DNA of 45,431 nt, filler included, from Catajapyx aquilonaris (taxonomy: Eukaryota): assembly GCA_000934665.2 (NCBI GenBank). It is 2 parts of 2 records of this genome, joined end to end, with 100 filler letters (N's around TTAATTAATTAA, not from the genome) between each part and the next. Parts side by side here need not be neighbours in the genome. Positions count along the whole stretch, not along the records: positions 22,830 to 45,431 come from JYFJ02005840.1; 1 more part is not named here. One strand, 5' to 3'. The stretch's first letter is position 1. Each line of letters starts with the position of its first letter. The translations under genes and the position numbers were made by a program. Of the stretch, positions 24,202-35,689 are shown piece by piece. Under the pieces are notes generated by a model. The model was not told the DNA's origin, searched no databases, and saw only the letters and a list, made by a program, of their open reading frames with translations.

Positions 24202-25139
24202 CAGACTTTACGACACATGCAAAAGGTAGGGAACAAACTGGTAACATAAAATTTTATAAATTGCGAGAAAACATGTTAAATTTCAGCTCATGGCAACTTG
24301 AACCTGCCCCTTGAGACTCATTCCTTACTCGATTTACACTTGACAGACATTTGCGCCATATTCTTCTTTTTTTGTATCATTCTGGAAAATCCAAAGAAGC
24401 AACATTGGTGTGATACCTGATGGTGTTCAGAGTGCTGGCCAAACCATACTACCATACTCAAGGCCAACCATGAGTTTCGATGGCAGATAATGCACACATA
24501 TCTCAAGATGTCATGATTTTCTCTTTCATGCCTGTACTATATGGCTCAAAAAGGTAGAGATGATTTTGCATTGAAACCAAATGCAAAATCGTCTCTGTCT
24601 TTTTGAGCGACATAGTACCTAGTGTGTCATTTACATAACCTTGAGGAAAGTGGACCTAGTTCAGTTTCCTCAGTGCTGTGCAGGTGACCGCTCTGAAAAC
24701 TTAAGTTCATCATGTTTGAGGTCATTTATTCCTAAGGCCTTTGATTTATAACATGAAGTGGCATTGAGCGGAAACAATAATAATTACTTGAAATACAAGA
24801 GGATTATTGAAGCAATTTAGGCAAATTCCATTGCTCATGACCTTCAGTAACGGTGGAGTGACCTGAAACCTGTTATTGGTATTGTATAAATTCAAAGCAC
24901 ATGTGCATAGCCATTAATTTTTTTTAAAAGAAACTCTGTTGGCCAAGTGAAATTATATGAATAAGCATGTGGCTAATTTTGAACATGTGAAAATATTGGG
25001 ACTAGGGAAGTTTTGTGGCATCAGTAGTGACAATGTAAAATCAATTGTTGCATCCTTCTTGTGTTGTCCATTTTAGATTGACTCATCTGCCAGCCTATTT
25101 TGACATGGTATCTATTTTTGATGTAGAATATGTATATTG

Positions 25140-25397
25140 TTTGTTTTGTTTTTTTATACCCCATTGGGAGAATCAGCGCTCCATTAGGGGGGTGGAATAC
25201 CACCATTGGATGGGGCCAAGGATAGGGATTGAAGGAACCGGCTGTGGCCTATTATACGGAAACAACCCGGGAATTATCCTGGGGGGACCTTGGAAAACCA
25301 CAGAAAGCCACTGTCAGGATCGACCGCCCCGGGAATCGAACCCAGGACCTCCCGATTAGCAGTCTGGCTCGTTAACCCCTACACCAACCTGCTTTGG
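25140..25397 (-). mobile_element. tRNA-derived SINE (Lm1/Talua-like 3' region)
   Basis: B box GGTTCGATTCC; 18-bp TSD TGTAGAATATGTATATTG (25122-25139/25398-25415). Confidence 0.85.
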
Positions 25398-26456
25398 TGT
25401 AGAATATGTATATTGCGTACATGAATGTCAACAAACTTGGGAAATTGATCGCTATTCAAAGGCAAATTATTGCGTATTAACATAGTTTTGCTGTGTCTTT
25501 GCTGTTGAGAGCAGGAATTTTTCCACGTAAATGACAGCTGCTTAGCCCCAATTAATTAAATGCATTTCAGTGGCAATGTCACTTGCACTTGAGAATTGTT
25601 AATTACTGTATTATTGGTGTACATGTGTTGGAAAAACTTGGTTTTTGATTTTCATTTTTAGGACTTGTAATTATTTTTTTACTTTTTTACTATCATTTCT
25701 TTATTGCAATTATTTTTGGTCTTTTTTATTTTTATGTACAATTTTTTTTCGTTGAATATATTTGAAAAATATCAATGGTGGGCTTCCCACATGTAGTCGA
25801 ACACACTTGATCATGTGTGTAGTGCCTTAGCCTATTGTAGTAGACATAGTGCCCACAATTTTTGCAGATCATTATAATTAGTTTTTATTTTTTTTATTTT
25901 TACAAACTGTAGTACTAGTGTCTTTATTTTTATTTTTAAGATATTTAGTGCGATGAAACTGCATTTTCAAATTTATTTCCACTGGTTTTTGTAAATATTA
26001 CTTGCATAGTAAATTTTTTTAAAACTTTGGTTACAAACAAATAATGGACTTTAAATTTTGAGGACCTACTCTGGATCAAAAATGTTCATAGTACTTTGTT
26101 GCACATAGTTGTAGAGAACAGATCTGAACAGCATTGCATTATTTTCATTCTTGCTAAAGTCGGGCACCAACAAGTTGACTGGATCAATAATAATTCATTA
26201 TTTATTGAAAACCATTTGCTAGTACGAGGACTGACAAGTGAGTGCTTGGTCAACAACTTCAATTTTTTTTTCTGAAAGTTTTTGTCGCATTATTATTGGA
26301 CCTCATTATTGATTTTAATTACGAGGTGCCTTGTCCCACATGGTTGCACCTAGGTGTGCTTCACTCTCATCCATCATTTTCCTTGGACCTTATCAATTGC
26401 GTTCCATGATATAGCAACTGTTACTCTTATGATATAAAGGAAATGTCTCATTATTG

Positions 26457-26835
26457 AGTTCCCCTCCCTCTCCCTTCCCCAGATGGTATCTCCCCCTTTG
26501 CTTCTCCCATGACCTCGAGAGCTATGCCGGCGGTAGCTTAGTCTACTGGCAGGGTTTCCCAAGCCGGACAGGTCTTTGGGGTAGGAGAAATGCAAAAGGA
26601 GATGCCAGTCCTTCCTCTCTTCTTTTCCCTCTTAGTTTCTGTGTACATGTGCTGTTTCACTTACATTTTGCGAAGGTTTTGATTCCTTAGCCTGCCCGTA
26701 GCTTCAATGATGTAATGAAAAGCTGTCTGAATTTTTTCGTGTTGAAAGCTGCAACACACTGATTTCTTCTCATGCATTCTTCGTGCATTCTCAATCCATT
26801 GATCAATTGTTTCCTTTTTGCAGAGGACATGTCCA
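26457..26835. repeat. ~375-bp direct repeat copy 1 (RTE 5'UTR-like piece plus an unknown coding fragment)
   Basis: Near-identical to 28420-28792. Confidence 0.95.
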
Positions 26836-27049
26836 TGAAACAATTATTGTTTCAGCCCTCAGGCATTTGTCATTGTCTGGGCCGATCCTGCTTTTGAGGC
26901 ATTTCACCTGGCTCAAGGGACATAACCTTTGTATCAAGGTTCCTGATGTTTTTTTGCTATACATTCGGTGAGTCATATTGAACCAACTGATTTCCAGGCC
27001 TTTGATTCCTGATGAATCTATTGAGTTTGCATCTACATCTGCCTTGTTA

Positions 27050-28145
27050 CTCACCATAATGACTGTCTGATAAATTAACTCAAACATCTTTCCATCGACT
27101 TTAGCCATGTTTAGGTAGACATAATTCTGCTGATCTAGATTGCCAAATGGATCCTCGTATTTAAGTCGTTTCTTGTCAAAGCATCCAGTCTCACTTACTG
27201 GGACTTTGAAAGATGACAACTTTCATGGTGATAAAAGATATCACTTTTCCCTCCGTAGATGTCCACAGGTTCTGCTGAATGACTTTGTCGTTAACATTGC
27301 ACAGAAGTTGAGCACTGGTCATATTGACACGAAACATAGAGTCGTGTGTAGGGCATATCACATTTGCAACTGTCTTCTTGGAAAGACTTGCGTGACAAGT
27401 TAGTACATCGTCTAACTTATGGTTACATTTGTCTTTATTCCAGTTGGGGTCTGGGATCTTCTCCCATGTAAGTACCCCGTGATCCGCTGTGTAACAATAA
27501 ATCTGATTGTAGAGGTAGTGACCAGACAGTGGAATCAGCGTTTTTATACTCAGATCCCAATGGTCCATACTAACTGTTAAGTTAGACACCTTGATAATTC
27601 TGGATACTGTCGTGGATGTTCCTGTCCAGCCATGTTGTGCATGAATAATTTCTCCAATCTGGTTCCCAACATAACCATTTTCCCTCTTTTCCTCCAGTTC
27701 TCTGATATACTTTCTACAGTCCACTGCATCTACAGTGACTGGCTTGGTCTTAATGGTTTCTGTCTGAGCTCCGAAGAACCAGTAGGTATACTTGGAAGTG
27801 TACTCCACACCATGACAATAAGTCACGTTGATGTTCCATGCAGATGTATCGAGGGACCATAATCCGACTTGCACTTGACATGTGTTAAGCGTGGATGTCC
27901 ATTGGTCTTGGTAACCTCCAATCAGCTTCATCCAGGGCTGCTGCAAAATCGGGCTTATTGAGCCTATTTTTCCACTGCAGTTGGATAATGGGTGAATGTA
28001 CGGATTTTCAGTGTTTTTTGTGCATCTGTAGTGCTTGTGCATCAACTAGGATTGGAGATTTTTCTAATGAGAGGTATCCGTCAGTGAAGGTCACAATTGT
28101 TAGCCCGATCAACAGAGTCTGCATGACAATGTATAGAAAAAACAT
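27050..28145 (-). pseudogene. Endogenous viral element: mononegavirus (rhabdovirus-like) class III glycoprotein G, frameshifted and lacking a TM anchor
   Basis: Signal peptide MFFLYIVMQTLLIGLTIVTFTDG from ATG 28145; YCHGVEYTSKYTYWFFGAQTETIKTKPVTVDAVDC parallels vesiculovirus MCHASKWVTTCDFRWYGPKYITHSIRSFTPSVEQC (fusion loop 1); GWTGT (loop 2); CYTADHGVLTW. Confidence 0.8.
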
Positions 28146-28228
28146 GATTTATATTGAGCTGATACTCTTCGGAAGACACTTTATAATTGATATTAAGGTG
28201 GTTGGCCCAGCATTGCCTTTCAACCTCC

Positions 28229-28399
28229 AAGGATAGGGAAGGAAGGAAGCGGCTGTGGCCTATTATACGGAAGCGACCCCGGAATTATCCTAGAAAGACC
28301 GTGGAAAACCACGGTCAGGGTTGCCGGCCCCGGGATTCGAACCCAGGACCTCCCGATTAGCAGTCGGACGCCCTATCCACAATGCCAACCTGCTTCGGT
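28229..28399 (-). mobile_element. tRNA-derived SINE, same family as 25140-25397
   Basis: A box TGGCATTGTGG, B box GGTTCGAATCC, GGCCACAGCCGCTTCCTTCC 3' motif. Confidence 0.85.
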
Positions 28400-28419
28400 G
28401 ATCAGCATGGAACTGATTA

Positions 28420-28792
28420 AGTTCCCCTCCCTCTCCCTTCCCCCGGATGGTATCTCCCCCTTTGCTTCTCCCATGACCTCGAGAGCTATGCCGGCGGTAG
28501 CTTAGTCTACTGGCAGGGTTTCCCAAGCCGGACAGGTCTTTGGGGTAGGAGAAATGCAAAAGGAGATGCCAGTCCTTCCTCTCTTCTTTTCCCTCTTAGT
28601 TTCTGTGTACATGTGCTGTTTCACTTACATTTTGCGATGGTTTTGATTCCTTAGCCTGCTTCAATGATGTAATGAAAAGCTGTCTGAATTTTTGCGTGTT
28701 GAAAGCTGCAACACACTGATTTCTTCTCATGCATTCTTCGTGCATTCTCAATCCATTGATCGATGGCTTCGTTTTTACAGAGGACATGTCCA
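28420..28792. repeat. ~375-bp direct repeat copy 2
   Basis: Near-identical to 26457-26835. Confidence 0.95.
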
Positions 28793-29169
28793 GGGTGATG
28801 CGGGGTTGCCGAGCATTAAGGTTCTGTCGATCCCTGCTTCAACGGCTTTATCGTGCCTAATGCTGATGGGGAATTTCTGCGTAATGATGATCATTGTTGT
28901 CATCAGAGGGTTTGGGTCTTTCGAGGTCTCTTGATGCTCTTTTGATTGCCCGTAGATTGTTGGGTGGGGTTGTCTGCAGAACTTTTATTGGTTGGGCTGC
29001 AAAAGGGCAGCCACGGGTCATTGTCCTCAAGAGGTAATCTCTCTCATTGTCTGTACTGGATAAGCGTTTCTCCAGTGATAGTTTTTTTTAGATGGCAATT
29101 ATTGGAGTGTCAGAAAGTATCTTCATTGGCATTCCTTCTCTCTTATTAGCAGTAAACGCAAATCTTCAC

Positions 29170-29750
29170 AATATGTGTTTGTTGTTTATATTGCTTGTCA
29201 GTTGACACATTGCTGTTTGGAAGTCGTCGTCTGCAGGGTTTTACCCTCCTGGTCTCATGCTTGCAGTTTCTACTCCGAATTGGGCTTCAAAACTGACGTC
29301 CTGGTACCAAGACGTGTACTCCCCAAAACCTTCCTTGAATATCCAGCTATTTATCTCACTGATGTTTGTGCCAAGGGGTTTAAATGAGTTTTGGTGCAGT
29401 ATTCATCGAAAACACCGAGGTACAATGGTGCTTTCGAAAGGGTATATTTAATCATTCGCAAGATCATAAATAGTCGTGTTGGTTCATTGGATCAAGGTGG
29501 GTGTTGGTTGCCCCCAGCAGACAATTTCAGGTAGCCATCATTAATATACGGATGGCCTGTATCATCAATTTTTGTGTCTTTTGCATGAGTGGGATCCTGT
29601 TGGACTTGTCTCCTAATTCTTCAAAGGGCTGTAAAGTCATACAGTGAAATGCCAAGTATGGATTCATGTTGAATGGCATTTAAAGTCCTAACAATGATTT
29701 ACAAGTTATACCTGATAATCACTATAATAATACTGTAATGGTTGACCATG
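29170..29750 (-). pseudogene. Possible second, highly degraded rhabdovirus-like G N-terminus
   Basis: Hydrophobic leader; [37 protein letters not shown] aligns ungapped with the VSV-G fusion-loop-1 segment; multiple stops. Confidence 0.35.
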
Positions 29751-31197
29751 ATTATATCCCAAGTTGGGTCTAAATGGTCCCTGTGTGAGCCATGAAGGGA
29801 CAGTTTTTAATACAAAAGTATGATCCTACATATTGCACTCGCATCCATTAACCTCATTATATCAGAGTGCCATGTGGCTAATTGCCCTGCATTACCCACA
29901 ACCTGCTTTCTCTTGGAAATGCAGTCACTTTCGAAGACAAATTCGTGTGGTCCAAGCTGGTTATCACTCCCTTTTTAAGGAGTAAAAAGGTTGTCATGGA
30001 CCTTGTTCTTTTGTTGAGTCTGTTTATGCTCTCTTGGGTGAGTGAGATCGTGTTGGAATCTAGCCGCCTAATTCTTCTTGGGTCCTCTTCTTTTAATGGC
30101 AATACCATGCTTTTGTCTCAACTTTTTCATCTTGTTGAATTTATTATTTGCTCTGCTTTCTAATGTTCGCCTTTTTGTGTGGATGGTACTGAGTTCGCAT
30201 ATCTCAAAAGAGAGTTAGATCCACTCCAAGCAGTTGGAACTTGGGTTTTCCCACATCATGCTTGAAGAACTAAACTATCTGTATGCCACTGCTAGACACA
30301 CTTCGATCAGTTATTGGGCACCAGGTTTATTATTAGTAAGAAATGATGTGACTTGATATGCAGTTGAAGAACACTCGCTATACATTGTCACCCTTGGTTG
30401 CATTTGATTATTCTCTGGGTCCACAAATATTGTGCTGAAGAGGAAAGAGATACGTAAGGGTACATTCCTGTAGTACCCACCAGACAGCTTCTGGCCGAAA
30501 ACTTCTGGTGCAAATGCACTTCGTTGGGCGTTGTCTTCAGAGGCTTCTGGATATTAATGTCGGAAGCAAGTCTAGTTCTCATGTAAAGCGCAAGTTTTTC
30601 GTACACACTTTGTCCATGTAATATCGTTTCTGTGCATGTTCCATGGAAGTCCTTTTAAATGCGTTTGATATTATCTGCATAGTCGTAAGGTAATAATTAT
30701 TACAATAACAAGGTTACATTCACCTACATACGTACCCTAGAGTTGGACCCAAGAGGGTAGTCGGATGACTGGATGAGTTGGCTGTGTGTAGCTCAGTTTT
30801 ATGTTAGGTTTTATTGCTGGGGTCATCAGACATCATTCCCTTCTGTACTTGTGCACATGACCCCTGAAGCATTCGTGCTTTTGTCATTGCCAGCTTTACT
30901 GAGTGTTAATATTCAAATAATATTTTGGAAGGACTGTCTTAAATGAATTTAATGTTGTTTATTTACAAATGTCTTTAGAGAATAGTTACAACACAACGTC
31001 ACTAAAGTTAAGTTACCCAAGTTTCACAAGTTTGCTAATTAATTAGACGTTATCTGAGCATAATCGAGGGAAAGTGCCAGCCTTACAGGTTAATTTCGAG
31101 CGGCTACATTATCAATCGTGACTGCTAGCCCGCGCCCAGGAACTAATTAGTCCTCTTCAGAAGTTACTCTTACATACTGGACTGTGCATGACAATAA

Positions 31198-31280
31198 CAT
31201 CACGACATTTCCCTATAAGGAGTAGTCAACGATGAACAGAGACGCAGGTTAACGCCACATATGAACTAATTTAAAACTTG
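31198..31280 (-). mobile_element. 3'-terminal fragment of the RTE LINE family seen at 21281
   Basis: CATCACGACATTTCCCTATAA..GTAGTCA.CGATGA...ATATGAACTAA.TTAAAACTTG shared. Confidence 0.7.
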
Positions 31281-31542
31281 TCCGGCCTCCTTCCGCTCCG
31301 AAGGGTTAGTTTAATCCGCCCTCTGCATCCTCACCAGTGGCGTCCCTCTGATCATTACGTGGAGACCTCTTGACGCTCTTGTACTCCGACTACTCCCTCA
31401 CTGTGTTGCTCGAGTATCGCGGCTATAATGTACAACATATACTGATATATATCCCAATTGTTAGACGCTGAACTACCTCCCTTAGGGCCTAGGTATTCAA
31501 AGGGCGAGTAGTGCACAACCAACTATAACCCTAATCAGGAAA

Positions 31543-31863
31543 TTACTTTTTACGGTACATGAGGGCTTCGTAAAACTGTGTCTTCATCAGCCATGGCCCT
31601 GGTCCTTTCTGTCCATAGCTGGTGCATCCTCCCAGTTCCAGATGTATGCCCGCGTTTCTGACCCTCCGAGAGGTCCAGCGTTGGACCCTCCCCCACAGGA
31701 TCAGATGGACATCCACGGTGGTGTCGGTGCTTGCCTCTTTTGCCGTTATGATTACCTCATCTTGGTCGACGTGGACTTCCAGGTTGCTCGGACTGGCGCA
31801 GAAAATCTCTACGACCATGATCCGACCGTACTGTCTCCAACCGATGATACGAGTGCTGCCCAT
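31543..31863 (-). CDS. p23/CS (HSP20-like) domain-like ORF, copy 1
   Basis: GWRQYGRIMVVEIFC...LEVHVDQDEVII...VHLILWGRV...GIHLEL fits the CS-domain W.Q....V...+...V strand pattern; paralogous to 33928 and 38124. Confidence 0.5.
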   Translation of the reverse strand: MGSTRIIGWRQYGRIMVVEIFCASPSNLEVHVDQDEVIITAKEASTDTTVDVHLILWGRVQRWTSRRVRNAGIHLELGGCTSYGQKGPGPWLMKTQFYEALMYRKK

Positions 31864-31994
31864 CTTGGGGTTGTTGATTCTCCTCTGTTGTTCCTTTTAT
31901 GCAGTTCCTTTTGCTGAGGTGTGCCTCCGTGTTCAGTATAATGCATACCGTACCAAAAGTTAAGTTATCTGCACTGCTGTAAGATCAACATTAT

Positions 31995-32500
31995 CAACAA
32001 TTATGGAATGACACTCAAAGCTCAAAGTAGTCGATGTCTGATTTCAATGGTATAGTTAGTATTAACCTAACATGCGTTCTCATAAGCAACATTAGGAAGT
32101 CCAGCAGTAGTATAAGGGAATTTAATCAATCTTGGCTGGGATAACTAAGTACAAATTACTCGGCCATGAAGGCAGTATTTCTTTAAGGTTATGCGAGAAT
32201 TCCTCAGGTGTCAACCAACAGTCTACTGTGAAATCGGCCTTCCATTGATTTCTGAAATACATCGTCTAATTCATCAACCGCCTGCCTCCCTAGGCAGCAT
32301 GCGCAAGCCTATAGCTCATGCTAAGTGAATGCAAGCTTAGAGTTCCACGTTGTCTCATTCCCGTTGCGCTTGTACTGCCTGATAATGCTCGAAATGTACT
32401 CTCCTGCAAACTTGATTGTCTCCTTGGCCTATGATCAGACTTTTGATTCCTAAGTGGTGCTCGACTAAGAGCAGAAGGGCGATCGTGATCAAAGTTCATC
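31995..32500 (-). pseudogene. Baculovirus F / errantivirus Env-like fragment (mid F1)
   Basis: ELDDVFQKSMEGRF...LTPEEFSHNLKEILPSWP.NLYL.....IPLYY...VRLILTIPLK..YFEL. Confidence 0.7.
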
Positions 32501-32859
32501 CTTTCTGCCTGAGGCCCTCTAATCCACCCTTATGAGAGTACCAGACCCCGGCGCCTGTCTCTCAGGTTCCTGGCATCTGGAAAAGAAGGAAGGAGGAGGA
32601 TTGTTATGAGATGCTTGGAGGGCACCAAGATTATTTGACGACGAAGCAATGCATTCCTCGCACCAGCAAATATTAAGTCTTAATAAGCGATACTTTTATC
32701 CCTAAGAGCAAAATATTGGAGCAGGTGTCAGGTGTTACAAGAGAACCGTTGTATATAATACAACATGTGTATCAAATAGACCTTGCTGGGTGTCAGGGAG
32801 GTGTCAAGTATTTGGATTTATTGTTTCTGCAAGCCTTCTGCCTTATCTGATTCCTCCAG

Positions 32860-33300
32860 TTCACGTATGCGTTGATCACGCTGAGCTTTCTATTAGTCTG
32901 AAATGTTGAAAAACCATTTTTAGCTGGCTCTCTAGCCAGCGTGCATTAGACAAAATCCAAGAACGGTTATAAGATTGCCGGATCTTCGCTATTATTGGTG
33001 GGGTTATGCTTTTATCAAGAATATCTGCCCTGTCTATATTAAAACATTCTCAATTTTGAGTTACTCCTTTAGTATCCTGCAGGCCAACTGGATGCACTCA
33101 GTTCGTGATGTTGATCGCGTTGCATTTTAGTCCAAAGAATATTATATAATTTTCCTGCTACCGATCTTCAAGGTCGAATATCTTTTCCGGTAGTGACTTG
33201 ATTTGGGTGTCCATTTGGCTTACCATCTCCATCAGAGTCTGAATTTCGTCATCTGCTCTTTCAATGGGTGTGGAATCTTCATCAGTATATTTTTAGATCA
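32860..33300 (-). pseudogene. LINE ORF1 remnant (L1/CR1-type coiled-coil + RRM)
   Basis: IFDLEDR*QENYIIFFGL...IDRAD.L.K...IAK...WILSNARWL. Confidence 0.7.
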
Positions 33301-33927
33301 TGTGCCAGCGTTTGATGCAGGTTATCATTTTGAACTAGTTTCTAATGGTGTCGTTGCTTTGTGGTGATGCATAGTCCTGCTGCTGTGGAACTGGGTTTGG
33401 CCATCCATACCTTCCGTATTTGATTGAATGAGCCTGTCAAAATGTGGCCGTTGGGTTTTCACCCTACTTTAATGTCGTTTAAGGTTCGAATAATCTGGGT
33501 AAGGCTACATTAAAAATGCGATTTTAATATGACATATGTACAAAATGTTCTCTACGACTGTTGAGACAACGTTCACAACCCAGCCAAAAGTTTTGACAAT
33601 AATTTCTACAGGTCTTCTTGGACACCGGTATCAGCAGCGCCATCTGGTCTGGGTCGAATGGGACCTTCCCCAGTCTTCGCTTCGGTTTGTGCAGGCTGGA
33701 GTCTCCATCTTGGTGTACGTTGCGGTGTCTACCCCTTTTCATTCCCAAGGGTCTTCCGGACTGCTGTCATATCCGAGAGTGGCGGCCTCTTCTTGGTCCT
33801 GACCATGGTTCGTCTGTTCCGCTCTTTACAATAACAACACATCGTTACGAATCACTGCATAATATGACCCTCATGTTACAGGCTAGGCACTCAAAAGGAC
33901 AAATAGTGTAACAACAATAACTATTCC

Positions 33928-34317
33928 CTAATCAGGGATATGACTCCTTACTAGACCATGGGGTGGTCTACCCCGAGGCGCGTCCTCCTCTTCTTCCTGT
34001 TCCACCAAGAGCCTGGCGAACCATAGCTCATAAATACGGCCCTGAAATAACGCCAACCTGGACACTCCCCTTCTCTCTGTCTTCTCCCAACGTGTGGATG
34101 GTGCCAGTACCCACTTCGGATCTTCTCCGAAAACGTTGATCAGTTGTCTCCAAGGCCTTACGGTTCCCGTCTCCAGCTCAAGGTGTAGACCCCTGTGACT
34201 GGTCATCAGCCTCGTCCACTCCCGGATGGGTCCCCAGGACTGGTGGTTTATCCTCATGCATTCCACAAATTTTGCTTTATTTATCTTCGAGACTTGATCT
34301 GTCCCACCTTTACGCAC
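33928..34317 (-). CDS. p23/CS domain-like ORF, copy 2
   Basis: WGPIREWTRLMTSHRGLHLELETGTVRPWRQLINVFGEDPKWVLAPSTRWE parallels p23 ..WPRLTKE...NWL.VDF..W. Confidence 0.55.
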   Translation of the reverse strand: MRKGGTDQVSKINKAKFVECMRINHQSWGPIREWTRLMTSHRGLHLELETGTVRPWRQLINVFGEDPKWVLAPSTRWEKTERRGVSRLALFQGRIYELWFARLLVEQEEEEDAPRGRPPHGLVRSHIPD

Positions 34318-34599
34318 GCCCTTTGTATAGAAATATTCCCATGATAGCTTCCCCTACACACTACTATAGTGTATAGGATCGTCATATTTATGGACCGCCC
34401 ATATAAGGCCAGCGTTAGTGTCCCATCGTTTAACTGTCAATTTCTGGGACTTGTGTCTGGTGGAGCTCCCCATTTCTTCCTTTCACTACTCCTTCCCACT
34501 CGCTGCAAACATTTTGCATGTGCGCTGATACTCTTCTCTGGCCCAAGCTCTATAAGTAGGTACCCATGTTTGCCAATCATTTTTTAACCATGTGGCAAT

Positions 34600-35600
34600 A
34601 TCGTGGCGAACGTACTGTTCGCAACCACGACACCGCTATAGATACATCCTCTCCCAATCATCGTCATGGTTCGAGTTGTGTTCTCCATCTTGACCTCGTC
34701 CTTCAGTCACTGGAGCCGGATCTGCAGGGGTCCAGAGCCAGAGAAGGCACCATGGGACGAGTCTTGTTGTTCTTCAACATCTCTACAGGGGCAGCCCCCC
34801 CGGGTCAAAAATGTCCCTTGCATCAAGGGAATAGGTGATCAAGAATGAGTACCATTTTTTTCCTCGTACAGCCACCCGGTAGTTTGCAATGTTCTGGTCC
34901 ATTCTGTCTACACATCCCACGTTTTGATTGTACATTATTTTGAACCAGTCAGCTGAGTCGGGGATAATATATGTTATGCTGAATCAGGGTGGTAATCTAT
35001 ATTGCTGACTCAGGGATTGCAACATATCCGCTCCCTATGTGGAAAGTTGTGTGTCCGGTCTGACAACCGACACTGAAATGAGAGTTGCATTGGGTATCTT
35101 ACATTGAAGACCCAATGGTCATAATCATTGACGGGAGCAAAGTTGGGTTGCGGATTAACTACTATGGTTTTTATACACTTCACTCCCTCGATATGCGCTA
35201 TTGTTGTGATCACTGAGGGCTGCAATTTATTCCTGAACGTGCACGATTTCTTGATTTTTCTGCGTCAAGCCTACTCTTAGTTTGTGATTCAACCGCCTGA
35301 TATCACTTTCTGTGCTAACTCCAAAGATCCCTTTGATAACTTTTCCGCCAAAGTATATCAGTCCTCTTTTCTGCCTAGATGCGTCTCTTACTTCTGTTAA
35401 ACGTTCGAGTGTTTTACTTTTACGGTTAGTGTCGTCTAAGTATTTTATCTCGGCTTGTATGCCGCGTATAGCTCTGATGATGTCTTCCCAATCAGCCTGC
35501 CACACATCCTCTTGCTCCGGATCTCTGATGAATTCTTGAGGGCCACGAAGAGTTCTCCTAGGTCCAGTTCACCATCGGTACAGGAGGAAGACAATACCGT
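34600..35600 (-). pseudogene. Baculovirus F / errantivirus Env-like gene remnant with furin site and fusion peptide
   Basis: RQKR|GLIYFGGKVIKGIFGVSTESDI (RxKR-GLI..GG...K.LFG..D..D motif, ~35376 downwards); HWVFNV...LSFQC downstream; internal deletions. Confidence 0.85.
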
Positions 35601-35689
35601 GGATCGTCACTTCCGTCATAAGGGAGCTATTTGGTTCACAGGAAGTGTAGCACTGCATCTTGCTCTATATCTTCCTGCTTTGAAATACT

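Noticed and set aside
28330..28399. tRNA-like sequence (also at 6795, 14908, 25330)
   Set aside because: SINE heads with A/B boxes but no complete cloverleaf; two copies have SINE bodies with TSDs
26457..28792. Direct repeats interpreted as LTRs of an env-only retroelement
   Set aside because: No TG...CA termini, PBS or TSD; the repeats are composite
30388..30606. Possible mononegavirus N motif (GMYPYVSL...LIEVCLAVAY)
   Set aside because: Similarity too weak to call by eye
33524..33620. QNF...ERCLNSRREHFVH resembling a Tc1 C-terminus
   Set aside because: Comparison with the 41690 homologue puts synonymous changes in other frames
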